Below, piece after piece: positions 50,420-62,656 of a stretch of 64,000 bases of DNA; position 1 is the first letter of the stretch, and each line of letters begins with the position of its first letter. Under the pieces are notes generated by a model that had not been told where the DNA came from, made no database searches, and saw only the letters and a list, made by a program, of their open reading frames with translations. Both the position numbers and the translations under genes were made by a program. This DNA is from an uncultured beta proteobacterium (GTDB lineage Bacteria; Pseudomonadota; Gammaproteobacteria; Burkholderiales; SG8-39), in assembly GCA_903928055.1 (NCBI GenBank), contig CAIYPG010000118.1, positions 84,097 through 148,096 of the forward strand, in the 5' to 3' direction.

Positions 50420-51514
50420 ATGCCTCAGCGCGACGAGGAACTGGCCGCCTGGATAGACGTAAGCCTTGTGCCAGGCTTGGGACCTGCGCAGTTCCGTGCC
50501 CTGTTGTCCGCGTTCGGACTGCCACAGAACATTCTCCGCGCCGGCCGTGAACAACTGGGACGCATTGTTTCTCCGTCCATTGCTTCCGCCATTCTCGCCA
50601 AAGATCGGCAACAATCTGTTGACGATGCCCTGTCATGGGCCAGGCAACCGGGTCATTCGATATTGAACCTGGCTGATGCAAACTTCCCAAAACAGCTCTT
50701 TGAAATTCCCGATCCGCCGCCGTTACTGTATGTACGCGGCCGGGTGGAGTTGCTTTCCGCCCCGGCACTCGCGATCGTCGGCAGCCGCAACGCAACCGCC
50801 CAGGGCAAGTCCAACGCGGAAGAGTTCGCCCGCGCGTTCAGCGAAGCAGGATTGGCGATCATCAGCGGCCTGGCCCTCGGCATCGACGCCGCCGCGCACC
50901 GCGGTGGCCTCGCCGGGCGCGGATCAACCATTGCGGTAATGGGTACCGGCGCTGAGAGTATTTACCCGCGGACAAATGCCGCGCTTGGTGAGTCGATTGC
51001 CGAAAATGGCGCGCTGGTTACCGAGTTCCCGCTTACCATGCCGCCGCTGGCCGCCAATTTTCCGCGCCGCAATCGTCTCATCGCAGGGCTGTCGCGCGGC
51101 GTGCTGGTGGTTGAGGCTGCACTGGCCTCGGGATCCCAGATAACCGCGCGCCTCGCCGCCGAGCAGGGACGCGACGTTTTTGCGATTCCCGGTTCGATTC
51201 ATTCACCACAGTCGCGGGGATGCCACGCCCTCATCAAACAGGGTGCAAAACTGGTTGAAAGTGCACGAGACGTCCTTGAGGAAATGGGCGTATCCGGAGC
51301 GGCGGTAACAGACCATCCGCCGGTTGCAAACCCCAATCTATCGGGTACCATATCCCGACTGCTACAACATATGGGTTATGACCCCTGTGATGTCGGTACG
51401 CTGGCAGCCCGTGCCGGCTTGACGCCGGAAGCGGTATCGGCGATGCTTCTGCAACTGGAACTCAAAGGCAGTATAAGCAGCCTCCCCGGAGGCCTTTATC
51501 AACGCCTGAATTAA
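50420..51514 (+). CDS. dprA: DNA-processing protein A
   Basis: 364 aa: LAIVGSRNAT..G, SGLALGIDAAAHRG, VFAIPGSI and a C-terminal winged-helix (DprA/Smf family). Confidence 0.9.
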   Translation: MPQRDEELAAWIDVSLVPGLGPAQFRALLSAFGLPQNILRAGREQLGRIVSPSIASAILAKDRQQSVDDALSWARQPGHSILNLADANFPKQLFEIPDPPPLLYVRGRVELLSAPALAIVGSRNATAQGKSNAEEFARAFSEAGLAIISGLALGIDAAAHRGGLAGRGSTIAVMGTGAESIYPRTNAALGESIAENGALVTEFPLTMPPLAANFPRRNRLIAGLSRGVLVVEAALASGSQITARLAAEQGRDVFAIPGSIHSPQSRGCHALIKQGAKLVESARDVLEEMGVSGAAVTDHPPVANPNLSGTISRLLQHMGYDPCDVGTLAARAGLTPEAVSAMLLQLELKGSISSLPGGLYQRLN

Positions 51515-51538
51515 AGCCATCTAGAGATTCCCGCGCCC

Positions 51539-51997
51539 ATGTTTGAAGTCCTCGTATACCTGTTCGAAAACTACTATCACACCGAGAGTTATCCGGACAA
51601 CGACACGTTGTCGCGCAAGCTTTCGGCGGCAGGTTTTGAAAACGATGACATCAGCGAGGCCCTGGACTGGCTGGGTGGACTGGCACGCCACACCGAGCAT
51701 CCGCTGCCTGACTCCCTCGAATCCAGCCGCTCCCAGCGCGCATTCATCAGCGGTGAAGTCGCAAAGCTCACCACGGAAAGCCGCGGCTTCCTCGCCTTTC
51801 TGGAAAGCGCAGGCATCCTTACACCGGTATTGCGCGAAATGATCATTGAGCGTGCCATGGCGCTGGACGGGGAAGTGGTCGGGCTTGAAAAATTCAAGGT
51901 CATCGTCCTCATGGTGTTGTGGACCCGCCGTGGCAGCGTCGACACGCTGATTCTTGACGAGTTGTTGCCTGACGGTGAAAAGCGCCAGATGCACTAA
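51539..51997 (+). CDS. smg: Smg (DUF494) protein
   Basis: MFEVLVYLFENYYHTESYPDNDTLSRKLSAAGFENDDISEALDWL is the canonical Smg N-terminus. It sits in the conserved dprA-smg-topoisomerase order. Confidence 0.9.
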   Translation: MFEVLVYLFENYYHTESYPDNDTLSRKLSAAGFENDDISEALDWLGGLARHTEHPLPDSLESSRSQRAFISGEVAKLTTESRGFLAFLESAGILTPVLREMIIERAMALDGEVVGLEKFKVIVLMVLWTRRGSVDTLILDELLPDGEKRQMH

Positions 51998-52272
51998 CGC
52001 ATGCCCGATGGATGACTGGGCCGGGCTCTGCCGATCCCCCTGAAGTCCTCCTAAGTTATTCAAAACAACAGCCTAGCCAGCGTGACACGGGCTGACTGAC
52101 ACCGGCTTTGGCGTCACGGTAGCAGCGCCCTTTCGATCTGCGGGAAATTTCCCGTTATCGTTGTTTGCAGACATACTTCTGCGACTGCGAGTGGTACCCT
52201 TCCTTGCCAGCTTGTGGGCTTGCTCGTATCATTGCCCGCTTTTCGCAGCCCCCTCTGTACGCACATTCATAC

Positions 52273-54879
52273 GTGGCAACCAAAAAAAAATCGACCACTG
52301 CAAGCGCCAAACCGGCCGCGGCCCTGAAACCGCCGGCCCCTGTTCGCACCGCAAAAGCACCCGCCAAAACCAAGGCGGTGCGCGCGGCTGCCGAAATTGC
52401 CGGAAGCAAGAAGCTCATCATCGCGGAAAAGCCGTCGGTGGCGAACGACATTGCCCGCGCCCTGGGCGGATTCACACGCCATGGCGACTACTACGAGAAT
52501 GACGAGTACGTGCTGTCATCGGCCATCGGCCACCTGCTGGAACTGGTTGCACCCGAGGGCGTCGAGGTCAAGCGGGGTAAATGGTCATTTGCAAACCTTC
52601 CGGTAATCCCGCCGCATTTTGACCTCAAGCCCATCGAACGCACAGAAGACAGGCTCAAGCTCCTGACCAAACTGCTGAAACGCAAGGACATCGGCGGCGT
52701 GATCAATGCCTGTGACGCGGGCCGCGAGGGAGAGTTGATCTTCCGTTACATCATGCAGCATGCCGGAATCACAAAGTCAATCGAACGGCTGTGGCTGCAG
52801 TCCATGACGCAGGCGTCCATCCGTGACGGCTTCGCGCAGCTTCGCAGCGATCCGGAAATGCGACCGCTCGCCGATGCCGCAGTCTGCCGTTCGGAATCGG
52901 ACTGGCTGATCGGGATCAACGGCACGCGCGCCATGACAGCGTTCAATTCCAAGGAAGGCGGTTTCTACAAGACCACGGTCGGCCGGGTACAGACTCCCAC
53001 GCTTGCGATACTGGTCGAGCGGGAAGAGCGCATCAAGAGCTTTGTGTCCCGTGATTACTGGGAAGTGCACGCACGCCTTGGCGCCAAGGCCGGCGAATAC
53101 GACGGTCGCTGGTTCGATTCTGAGTTCAGGAAGGACGAGGATGGTGAGCGCAGGCCCGAACGCCTGTGGAAGCGCGAACAGGCCGAAGCAGTCGTTGCCG
53201 ACTGTCTGGGAAAACCAGGCAAGGTCACTGAGGAGACAAAGCCCTCCACCCAGCTCTCGCCCCTGCTGTTCGACCTGACCAGCCTGCAGCGTGAAGCGAA
53301 TGGACGATTCGGTTTTTCCGCGCGCACCACATTGTCGCTGGCACAAGCCCTTTACGAGCGGCACAAAGTACTCACGTATCCACGTACCGATGCGCGCGCC
53401 CTTCCGGAAGACTATCTGGCCACGGTGCAGGACACGCTGAAGGAGTTCAAGGGCACCGATTACGCACCGTTTGCCAGTCAGATACTGAAATCAGGCTGGG
53501 TCAAGCCGAACAAGCGCATCTTCGACAACAGCAAGATTTCGGATCACTTCGCAATCATCCCGACGTTGCAGACCCCCAAGACGCTGAATGAGGCCGAAGC
53601 AAAAATCTATGATCTGGTAGTTCGTCGTTTTCTGGCGGTGTTTTTCCCGCCCGCAGAATATTTGCAGACCACCCGCATCACGGTCGTCGAGAAGCACCGC
53701 TTCAAGACCGAAGGCCGGGTGCTGGTGAATCCCGGCTGGCTCGCGGTGTACGGCAGGGCCGCCCAGGTCAGCGATGACACGCTCCCGCAGGTTACACAGA
53801 ACGAAGTGGTCAAGACACTGGAAGTTGCCTCGCAGCAGAACCAGACCAAGCCGCCTGCGCGCTTCACGGAAGCGACATTGCTCTCAGCGATGGAAGGCGC
53901 CGGCAAGCTGGTGGAGGATGGCGATCTGCGCGAGGCCATGAGCGAGAAAGGCCTGGGGACACCCGCAACACGCGCATCGGTAATAGAAGGCTTGTTGCTG
54001 GAGGAATACATTCATCGCAACCAGCGCGAGCTGGTGCCGACCCCCAAGGCCTTTTCGCTGTTGTTTGCCCTGCGCCACTTCGGCATCGAGGAGTTGCGCT
54101 CGCCTGAGCTCACCGGCGACTGGGAATTCAAACTAAAGCAGATGGAAAAGGGCAAGCTGGGCCGCGAGGAATTCATGGACCACATCACCTCGCTCACACA
54201 GGAGCTGGTCCAGCGCATCAAGGGTGGTGACATCCCGGACACGGCCTACGCCACCGTGCCCGTTCCGTGCCCCAATTGCGGCGGCACGGTTCAGGAAACC
54301 TATCGCAAGTTCGTCTGCCAGAAATGCGATCTGGCCATCTGGAAAGTCGTCTCCAGCCGGGAGTTTTCGCTGGAAGAAGTTGCCGAGCTGTTCACGAATC
54401 GCAGCATAGGGCCATTGCAGGGCTTTCGCAGCCGCATGGGCAAGCCGTTTGCTGCGGTGATCAAGCTGAACGACGAGTTTCGCACCGAATTCGATTTCGG
54501 GCAGAGCAATGCGGACGATCTGACGCCAGTGGATTTTTCTGGTCAGGAACCACTGGGCAAATGTCCGAAGTGCGGCAATCAGGTATTCGAGATGCCAATG
54601 GCCTTTGTCTGCGAGAAATCAGTAGGGGAGGTGCGCAGCTGTGATTTCCGTTCAGGCAAGATCATTCTGCAGCGGAACATGGAACGAGAGCAGATGATAA
54701 AACTGCTCGCCACTGGAAAGACCGATCTGCTGCACCGCTTCATTTCCAAGAAGGGGCGACCGTTCTCGGCCTACCTCGTCAGAAAACCCGATGGCAGCGT
54801 TGGGTTCGAATTCGAAGTGCGCGAAAAAAAGGCCACCGGGGGCGCTCGCAAGACCAAGGCAGCTGCGGAGTCTTCCTAG
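52273..54879 (+). CDS. topB: Type IA DNA topoisomerase (topoisomerase III-like) with Lys/Ala/Pro-rich N-tail and C-terminal zinc ribbons
   Basis: TOPRIM region KLIIAEKPSVANDIARALG; the catalytic region includes ALYERHKVLTYPRTDA (active-site Tyr context). C-terminal ribbons are CPNCGG..CQKC and CPKCGN..CEK. The start is uncertain: GTG at 52273 is chosen, while the ORF-track start at 52165 adds a Cys/Trp-rich non-conserved extension. Confidence 0.8.
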   Translation: MATKKKSTTASAKPAAALKPPAPVRTAKAPAKTKAVRAAAEIAGSKKLIIAEKPSVANDIARALGGFTRHGDYYENDEYVLSSAIGHLLELVAPEGVEVKRGKWSFANLPVIPPHFDLKPIERTEDRLKLLTKLLKRKDIGGVINACDAGREGELIFRYIMQHAGITKSIERLWLQSMTQASIRDGFAQLRSDPEMRPLADAAVCRSESDWLIGINGTRAMTAFNSKEGGFYKTTVGRVQTPTLAILVEREERIKSFVSRDYWEVHARLGAKAGEYDGRWFDSEFRKDEDGERRPERLWKREQAEAVVADCLGKPGKVTEETKPSTQLSPLLFDLTSLQREANGRFGFSARTTLSLAQALYERHKVLTYPRTDARALPEDYLATVQDTLKEFKGTDYAPFASQILKSGWVKPNKRIFDNSKISDHFAIIPTLQTPKTLNEAEAKIYDLVVRRFLAVFFPPAEYLQTTRITVVEKHRFKTEGRVLVNPGWLAVYGRAAQVSDDTLPQVTQNEVVKTLEVASQQNQTKPPARFTEATLLSAMEGAGKLVEDGDLREAMSEKGLGTPATRASVIEGLLLEEYIHRNQRELVPTPKAFSLLFALRHFGIEELRSPELTGDWEFKLKQMEKGKLGREEFMDHITSLTQELVQRIKGGDIPDTAYATVPVPCPNCGGTVQETYRKFVCQKCDLAIWKVVSSREFSLEEVAELFTNRSIGPLQGFRSRMGKPFAAVIKLNDEFRTEFDFGQSNADDLTPVDFSGQEPLGKCPKCGNQVFEMPMAFVCEKSVGEVRSCDFRSGKIILQRNMEREQMIKLLATGKTDLLHRFISKKGRPFSAYLVRKPDGSVGFEFEVREKKATGGARKTKAAAESS

Positions 54880-54883
54880 GTGC

Positions 54884-54912
54884 ATATCCCGGCCGGGCCA
54901 CGACCGGGATAT
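54884..54912. terminator. Hairpin between convergent topB and gyrB
   Basis: atatcccgg / ccgggatat form a 9-bp stem with an 11-nt loop. It occupies most of the 49-nt convergent spacer. Confidence 0.5.
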
Positions 54913-54928
54913 ATTTCGCTTCCGCTTC

Positions 54929-57370
<2,442 letters not shown>

Positions 57371-58480
57371 CTAGATTCTCATCGGCATGACGACGTACTT
57401 GAAATCGTTCTTGTCCGGAACGGTGATCAATGCGCTGGAGTTCGCATCACCCAGTCCGCACAGCACTTCGTTGACATCAAGGTGGTTCAGAACGTCCAGC
57501 AAGTAGCCCACGTTGAATCCGATGTCGAGCGTCTCCCCCTTGTAATCAACATCAATCTCTTCCTGAGCCTCTTCCTGCTCGGTATTAGAACAGGTCACTT
57601 TCAAAGTTCCATCGGACAGTACCCAACGCACTCCGCGAAACTTATCGCTCGTCAGAATCGCAGTTCTTTGTAGGGCCTGCAGCAACGTGACACGGTTCAG
57701 CCGCAGCAATTTTGGCTGATTCTGCGGGATTACCCTGGAATAATCCGGGAATTTTCCATCGATGAGCTTGGACACCAGCAGAACTTCGCCAAAGGAAAAT
57801 CGCACCTGGCTTCCTGACACTTCGACGGCAATGGAATCATCCGAATCGGAGAGGAGTTTGGATAACTCGAGTATTGTCTTCCGCGGAAGAATGACTTCCT
57901 GCTTCGGAAGATCCTTGGCATCCAGCTCACGACTGGCAAAAGCCAGCCGGTGGCCATCCGTCGCAATCAGGCTGAGGCTGCCTTTTTCCACGACCATCAA
58001 AAGGCCGTTGAGGTAGTAGCGGATGTCCTGCTGCGCCATGGCGTATTGCACCAGGCCAATCAGCGAACGCAACAGCTTTTGCGGGACGGTAAAGCGGGTT
58101 GCGTTGCCTTCTGCAGCTGCCAGCCTGGGAAAATCCTCCGGAGCCAGTGTTTGCAGGTTGAAGCGACTTTTTCCGGACTTCACCTGCATGCGTTTTTCCT
58201 GCAATGCTACGGAGACCTCCGAGCCTTCGGGCAATGCACGCAGGATATCCAGCAGCTTTCGCGCCCCAACTGTCGTCGTTTTGGATTCACCTTGTCCGCT
58301 TACTGCAGTAGAAGCGCTTATCTCAATCTCAATGTCCGTTGCCACGAACTCTATTCTGTCCCCGGAACGAGCCAAGAGAACATTGGAAAGAATTGGCAGC
58401 GTGTGCCGTCTTTCGATGATCCCCGAAACTGCCTGCAGGGGTTTAAGCAGGGTTTCTCGGTTGATCTTGAATAGATTCAT
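57371..58480 (-). CDS. dnaN: DNA polymerase III beta sliding clamp
   Basis: 369 aa, MNLFKINRETLLKPLQAVSGIIERRHTLPILSNVLL..., ending VVMPMRI. Confidence 0.97.
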   Translation of the reverse strand: MNLFKINRETLLKPLQAVSGIIERRHTLPILSNVLLARSGDRIEFVATDIEIEISASTAVSGQGESKTTTVGARKLLDILRALPEGSEVSVALQEKRMQVKSGKSRFNLQTLAPEDFPRLAAAEGNATRFTVPQKLLRSLIGLVQYAMAQQDIRYYLNGLLMVVEKGSLSLIATDGHRLAFASRELDAKDLPKQEVILPRKTILELSKLLSDSDDSIAVEVSGSQVRFSFGEVLLVSKLIDGKFPDYSRVIPQNQPKLLRLNRVTLLQALQRTAILTSDKFRGVRWVLSDGTLKVTCSNTEQEEAQEEIDVDYKGETLDIGFNVGYLLDVLNHLDVNEVLCGLGDANSSALITVPDKNDFKYVVMPMRI

Positions 58481-58572
58481 TTATATTCCTTAGTAATAGT
58501 AATAAGGAGACGTTAATTCAGGGATAACTGCTGCAGACTTAGCAGGCACGCGGTTCTTGCCTGTTGAAAAAC

Positions 58573-58581
58573 TGTGGACAA
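58573..58581 (-). promoter_or_regulatory. DnaA-box variant in the dnaA-dnaN spacer
   Basis: The plus strand reads tgtggacaa, which is TTGTCCACA on the minus strand, one mismatch from TTATCCACA. Confidence 0.4.
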
Positions 58582-58679
58582 GCCTGGGGATACTGCGTGG
58601 GTGAATTCTGGATGGATTTTCAGCCCCGGAAGAGAACGGGGTCTTACTACAACTTGTCCCCAGGTTTCCAGACACTTGT

Positions 58680-60041
58680 TCATCCCTTCAACACCTGTTC
58701 AAGCACGTGATAGTCGCGGTTGATGTCATGGTCTTTCTCGCGCAGCGCGGCAATGGTGCGGCATGCATGCAAGACTGTCGTATGATCGCGGCCGCCAAAC
58801 GCATCACCAATTTCCGGAAGGCTCATTTGCGTGAGGTCCTTGGCAAGAGCCATGGCCATTTGTCTTGGGCGGGCAATGTTCCGCGCGCGCTTTTGTGCCA
58901 ACAGGTCGGAAACTTTCAGTTTGTAGTAGTCGGCGACAGTCTTCTGGATATTTTCAACCGTAATCTGCCGGTTCTTGGCCATCAGCAAATCCTTCAGCGC
59001 CTCTTTCGCCGTGTCCAGGGTGATTTCCTTGCCACTGAAGCGCGCGAAGGCAATGACGCTCTTCAGGGCGCCCTCCAGTTCGCGAACGTTGGAGCGGATA
59101 TGCTTGGCAATGAAGAAAGCCACGTTCTCATCCAGCTTGAAGGAAACAGCCTCCGCCTTTTTCAGGATGATGGCGACGCGCATTTCTTGTTCCGGCGGCT
59201 CGATCGCAACCGTCAGCCCCCACGAGAACCGCGATTTCAGGCGCTCATCCAGTCCTGAAAGATCTTTCGGGTACGTGTCGCAGGTGATGATGACCTGCTT
59301 GTGCGCTTCGATCAGAGCATTGAAAGCGTAGAAGAATTCTTCCTGCGTCCGGTCTTTTCCGGTGAAGAACTGTATGTCGTCGATCAAAAGCAGGTCTAGA
59401 GAATGATAGTAACGTTTGAAATCATCAAACGATTTCTGCTGGTAGGCACGAACGACATCGGACACATAATCGGAAGCGTGCAGATAGCGCACACGGGCCG
59501 CCGGATGCTGGGTCAATACAAAGTTGCCGATTGCGTGGATCAAATGGGTTTTGCCGAGGCCTACGCCACCGTAAACAAACAACGGGTTGTATGAGGTTCC
59601 TGGATGCTCAGCCACCTGCAGTGCCGCGGCGCGGGCAAGTTGGTTGGCCTTGCCTGCAACAAAACTCTCGAAGGTGAAGTCCTTGATCAGGCTGGAGCGC
59701 TCAACTGTTGCGCCGCGTACAGTGCCGTTGCGGGGTGCTGCTACCTTGCCAGACTGTGGTGGTAAAGCAGGTGCTGGTGTCGCAGGGAGTGGTTCGTTTG
59801 CAGCTAGGGACAGGGAAACACGGATCGGGGATGCAAAAAAATCTGATCCCATGGCTTCAATCCGAGCCAAAAATCGCTCCTTTACCCATTGCAGGACAAA
59901 GCGATTTGGCGCGACCAGCTTGAGTTCCCCCGAAGGCGTCACATCCGAGTCCAGGCTCAGGGGCCTAATCCAGGTGTTAAACTGTTGAGCGGGAAGCTCT
60001 TTTTCGAATTGGTTCAGGCAGGACTGCCAGAAACCCAGCAT
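58680..60041 (-). CDS. dnaA: Chromosomal replication initiator protein
   Basis: 453 aa: FNTWIRPL, Walker [19 protein letters not shown], and a C-terminal DnaA signature region ([16 protein letters not shown]). Confidence 0.97.
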   Translation of the reverse strand: MLGFWQSCLNQFEKELPAQQFNTWIRPLSLDSDVTPSGELKLVAPNRFVLQWVKERFLARIEAMGSDFFASPIRVSLSLAANEPLPATPAPALPPQSGKVAAPRNGTVRGATVERSSLIKDFTFESFVAGKANQLARAAALQVAEHPGTSYNPLFVYGGVGLGKTHLIHAIGNFVLTQHPAARVRYLHASDYVSDVVRAYQQKSFDDFKRYYHSLDLLLIDDIQFFTGKDRTQEEFFYAFNALIEAHKQVIITCDTYPKDLSGLDERLKSRFSWGLTVAIEPPEQEMRVAIILKKAEAVSFKLDENVAFFIAKHIRSNVRELEGALKSVIAFARFSGKEITLDTAKEALKDLLMAKNRQITVENIQKTVADYYKLKVSDLLAQKRARNIARPRQMAMALAKDLTQMSLPEIGDAFGGRDHTTVLHACRTIAALREKDHDINRDYHVLEQVLKG

Positions 60042-60104
60042 GAGATTTATAGGGCTTTTTTTAGGAGAAAATCAAGGCCGGATTCTAGCCTGTTTTTGGG
60101 TACT

Positions 60105-60113
60105 TATCCACAG
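60105..60113 (+). promoter_or_regulatory. Perfect DnaA box in the dnaA/rpmH divergent spacer
   Basis: TTATCCACA is an exact consensus match, 64 nt upstream of the dnaA ATG on the opposite strand. Confidence 0.7.
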
Positions 60114-60132
60114 GTTCCCGCAATTGGGGACA

Positions 60133-60162
60133 TTGACAAGCAACGGGGTAAAAAGGTCTAAT
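60133..60162 (+). promoter_or_regulatory. Candidate sigma-70 promoter of rpmH
   Basis: TTGACA (60133-38), an 18-nt spacer, then TCTAAT (60157-62). The AGGAAG SD lies at 60181-86. Confidence 0.4.
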
Positions 60163-60190
60163 CCCCGGTTCTTTTGCCTTAGGAAGTATC

Positions 60191-60325
60191 ATGAAACGCA
60201 CATACCAACCTTCTGTCGTGAAGAAAAAGCGGACCCACGGATTTCTCGTTCGCATGAAGACACGTGGCGGCAGGGCCGTCATCCGCGCGCGCCGTGCCAA
60301 GGGACGCGAGCGTCTGGCTGTCTGA
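60191..60325 (+). CDS. rpmH: 50S ribosomal protein L34
   Basis: Hand translation gives [44 protein letters not shown] (44 aa). It is below the ORF-track length cutoff. Confidence 0.97.
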   Translation: MKRTYQPSVVKKKRTHGFLVRMKTRGGRAVIRARRAKGRERLAV

Positions 60326-60350
60326 GATTGCCCCAACGTCGGGTGATCAT

Positions 60351-60713
60351 TTGCCCGGGTCAGAATTAGGATTTCATCAGCGGCACCGCTTGTGCACCCG
60401 CGATTTTGTGGCTGTCCTGCGGGGTGGCAGGCTGCTGCGCGGTAATGGCATTTCTGTATTGATCGGCGGTAATGGCCCGGGAGACGCCAGATTGGGATTG
60501 ATTGTCCCGAAGCGCATCCTTCGGCGTGCCGTGGATCGCAATCGGGTCAAGCGCGTTCTGAGGGAGTGGTTCAGACACAGCCGTTCACGCCTGGCGGGAA
60601 GGGATTGCGTCATTCGGCTTACGCCCGTTCGCATCAAGGGCGAGGCTGCTTCGATGGATTGCGCCGCGCTGCTGGCTGAACTTGAACGCATTGTTCCTGC
60701 CAAAGGGGTCTGA
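60351..60713 (+). CDS. rnpA: Ribonuclease P protein component
   Basis: Position after rpmH, and a basic protein with the RNR-like motif [22 protein letters not shown]. The start is uncertain: an in-frame TTG at 60351 was chosen, and the ORF-track start at 60264 overlaps rpmH. Confidence 0.8.
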   Translation: MPGSELGFHQRHRLCTRDFVAVLRGGRLLRGNGISVLIGGNGPGDARLGLIVPKRILRRAVDRNRVKRVLREWFRHSRSRLAGRDCVIRLTPVRIKGEAASMDCAALLAELERIVPAKGV

Positions 60714-60922
60714 TGCGCGGTCTGTTGCTCATCCTTGTACGGGGGTATCAATACCTGATCAGCCCGATGCTCGGGCCCAATTGCAGGTTTCATCCCTCCT
60801 GTTCCGAATATGCGGTGCAAGCGCTGGAGAAGCATGGTGCCGGGTGTGGCAGCGTGCTGGCGCTTAAGCGTTTGTGCCGATGCCACCCCTTGAATCCCGG
60901 GGGATACGATCCGGTTCCCTAG
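60713..60922 (+). CDS. yidD: Membrane protein insertion efficiency factor
   Basis: 69 aa: [31 protein letters not shown]...[17 protein letters not shown]. The ATG overlaps the rnpA stop (TGATG). Confidence 0.92.
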   Translation: MRGLLLILVRGYQYLISPMLGPNCRFHPSCSEYAVQALEKHGAGCGSVLALKRLCRCHPLNPGGYDPVP

Positions 60923-60966
60923 GCCCGGGTCACAACAAGCCGCGATGCGGCTGAACGAGAGACTTG

Positions 60967-62646
60967 ATGAGTGAAGTTAAAAGACTGGTTCTGTTTGTTG
61001 TATTTTCCTTTTCGCTGCTCATGTTGTGGCAGGCGTGGCACAAGGATCAGCGTGCATTGCAGGAGACGCCGGCCCCGGTGTCCAACACCGTTGTTGAGCC
61101 CGGTAAAGGGGCGGTTCCGGTCCCCAGCGCCCCTTCAACATCGTTGCCCGGTGCCGTGGCCAAACCCGCAGAAATCGTCGCCGCACAGACATCTCCTTCG
61201 ACACCCCATGAGCGCATCAGCATCGATACGGATGTCATGCGTGCAGAGATTGACACGCTTGGTGGTGATATCGTCAGCCTTGAGCTTCTTGAACATCCCG
61301 ACACGGTTGACCATACCAAAAACTTCATCTTGCTCGGGTCCCAGCACCACTACGCTGCGCAAAGCGGTCTGACTGGTGATGGCTTTCCCAATCACAAGAC
61401 CATCTATACGACTACCGCAAAGAAATTTGCGCTGGATGCCGGGCAGGACAAGCTGGAAATCCGCCTGCAGGCAATGGGTACCAACGGTGCCAGTGGTGTA
61501 AAGGTCACCAAGATCATCACCTTTCATCGTGGCAGCTACCTGATTGACGTTGAGCACGAGGTGACGAACGGCAGCGCGGCGCCGGTTTCGCCTTACATGT
61601 ATGCGCAACTGACGCGAGACAGCAAGGCACCTGATGGCGCCCAGGCCATGAGGAGCACCTATACCGGTCCGGCTGTATACACAGAACAGGACAAGTACCA
61701 CAAGGTTAAATTTGACGACATCACCAGCAGCAAGCCCTACAAGAAAGATGCCGACAATGGCTGGATTGCCATGCTGCAGCATTACTTTGTCTCGGCGCTT
61801 GTGGTTCCCCCGGGTCAACCGAGGGAGTTCTACATGGACTGGCTGTCTGACGACCTGTTTGCGGTGGGCGTGAAGTTTCCGATGGCCGCAATTGCCCCGG
61901 GTGCAACTGCCACCGCGAAGACCGCCCTCTATGCAGGACCGGAGGATCAGGACAAGCTGAAGGTAATCGCGCCCGGCCTGGAGCTGGTTGTCGATTACGG
62001 CTGGCTGACAGTCATTGCCGCGCCGCTATTCTGGGTGCTGCAGTTTTTCCATGGCTTGTTGGGCAACTGGGGCCTGGCGATCATTTTCCTCACCGTCTCC
62101 ATCAAGCTCGTTTTCTTTCCGTTGTCCGCCGCCAGCTATCGTTCGATGGCGAAGATGAAGCAAGTCGCGCCGCGTCTGGCAAAGATGCGTGAGCAATACG
62201 GTGATGACCGGATGAAGCTGAATCAGGCCATGATGGAGATGTACAAGCAGGAAAAAATCAATCCACTCGGGGGCTGCCTGCCGATCGTGGTCCAGATTCC
62301 GGTGTTCATTTCCCTGTACTGGGTGTTGCTTGCCAGCGTAGAACTTCGTCACGCGCCATTTTATGGCTGGATAACCGACTTGGCCTCCGAGGACCCGTAT
62401 TACATCCTGCCAGCGCTGATGATGGCCTCCATGATTGTTCAGACCAAAATGAGCCCTACGCCTCCCGATCCGATTCAGGCCAAAGTCATGCAGTTCATGC
62501 CTTTGATATTCGGCGTCATGTTCTTTGTTTTTCCGGCTGGTCTGGTGCTTTACTGGCTTGTGAACAACGTGCTATCCATTTTGCAGCAGTGGTACGTCAA
62601 CCGCACTATTGAGGCGGCCAAGTCAGCGGCGGGCGCCAAACGCTGA
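60967..62646 (+). CDS. yidC: Membrane protein insertase
   Basis: ~559 aa with an N-terminal TM, a large periplasmic domain, and the conserved C-terminal core (GNWGLAIIFLTVSIKLVFFPLS, NPLGGCLPIVVQIPVFISLYWVL). Confidence 0.95.
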   Translation: MSEVKRLVLFVVFSFSLLMLWQAWHKDQRALQETPAPVSNTVVEPGKGAVPVPSAPSTSLPGAVAKPAEIVAAQTSPSTPHERISIDTDVMRAEIDTLGGDIVSLELLEHPDTVDHTKNFILLGSQHHYAAQSGLTGDGFPNHKTIYTTTAKKFALDAGQDKLEIRLQAMGTNGASGVKVTKIITFHRGSYLIDVEHEVTNGSAAPVSPYMYAQLTRDSKAPDGAQAMRSTYTGPAVYTEQDKYHKVKFDDITSSKPYKKDADNGWIAMLQHYFVSALVVPPGQPREFYMDWLSDDLFAVGVKFPMAAIAPGATATAKTALYAGPEDQDKLKVIAPGLELVVDYGWLTVIAAPLFWVLQFFHGLLGNWGLAIIFLTVSIKLVFFPLSAASYRSMAKMKQVAPRLAKMREQYGDDRMKLNQAMMEMYKQEKINPLGGCLPIVVQIPVFISLYWVLLASVELRHAPFYGWITDLASEDPYYILPALMMASMIVQTKMSPTPPDPIQAKVMQFMPLIFGVMFFVFPAGLVLYWLVNNVLSILQQWYVNRTIEAAKSAAGAKR

Positions 62647-62656
62647 GCGGACTTGA

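Noticed and set aside
60042-60190. Calling this spacer oriC
   Set aside because: It has only one DnaA box within 149 nt, which is also largely occupied by the dnaA and rpmH promoter/SD signals. No DUE-like AT-rich repeats are present. It is kept as a dnaA autoregulatory box only.
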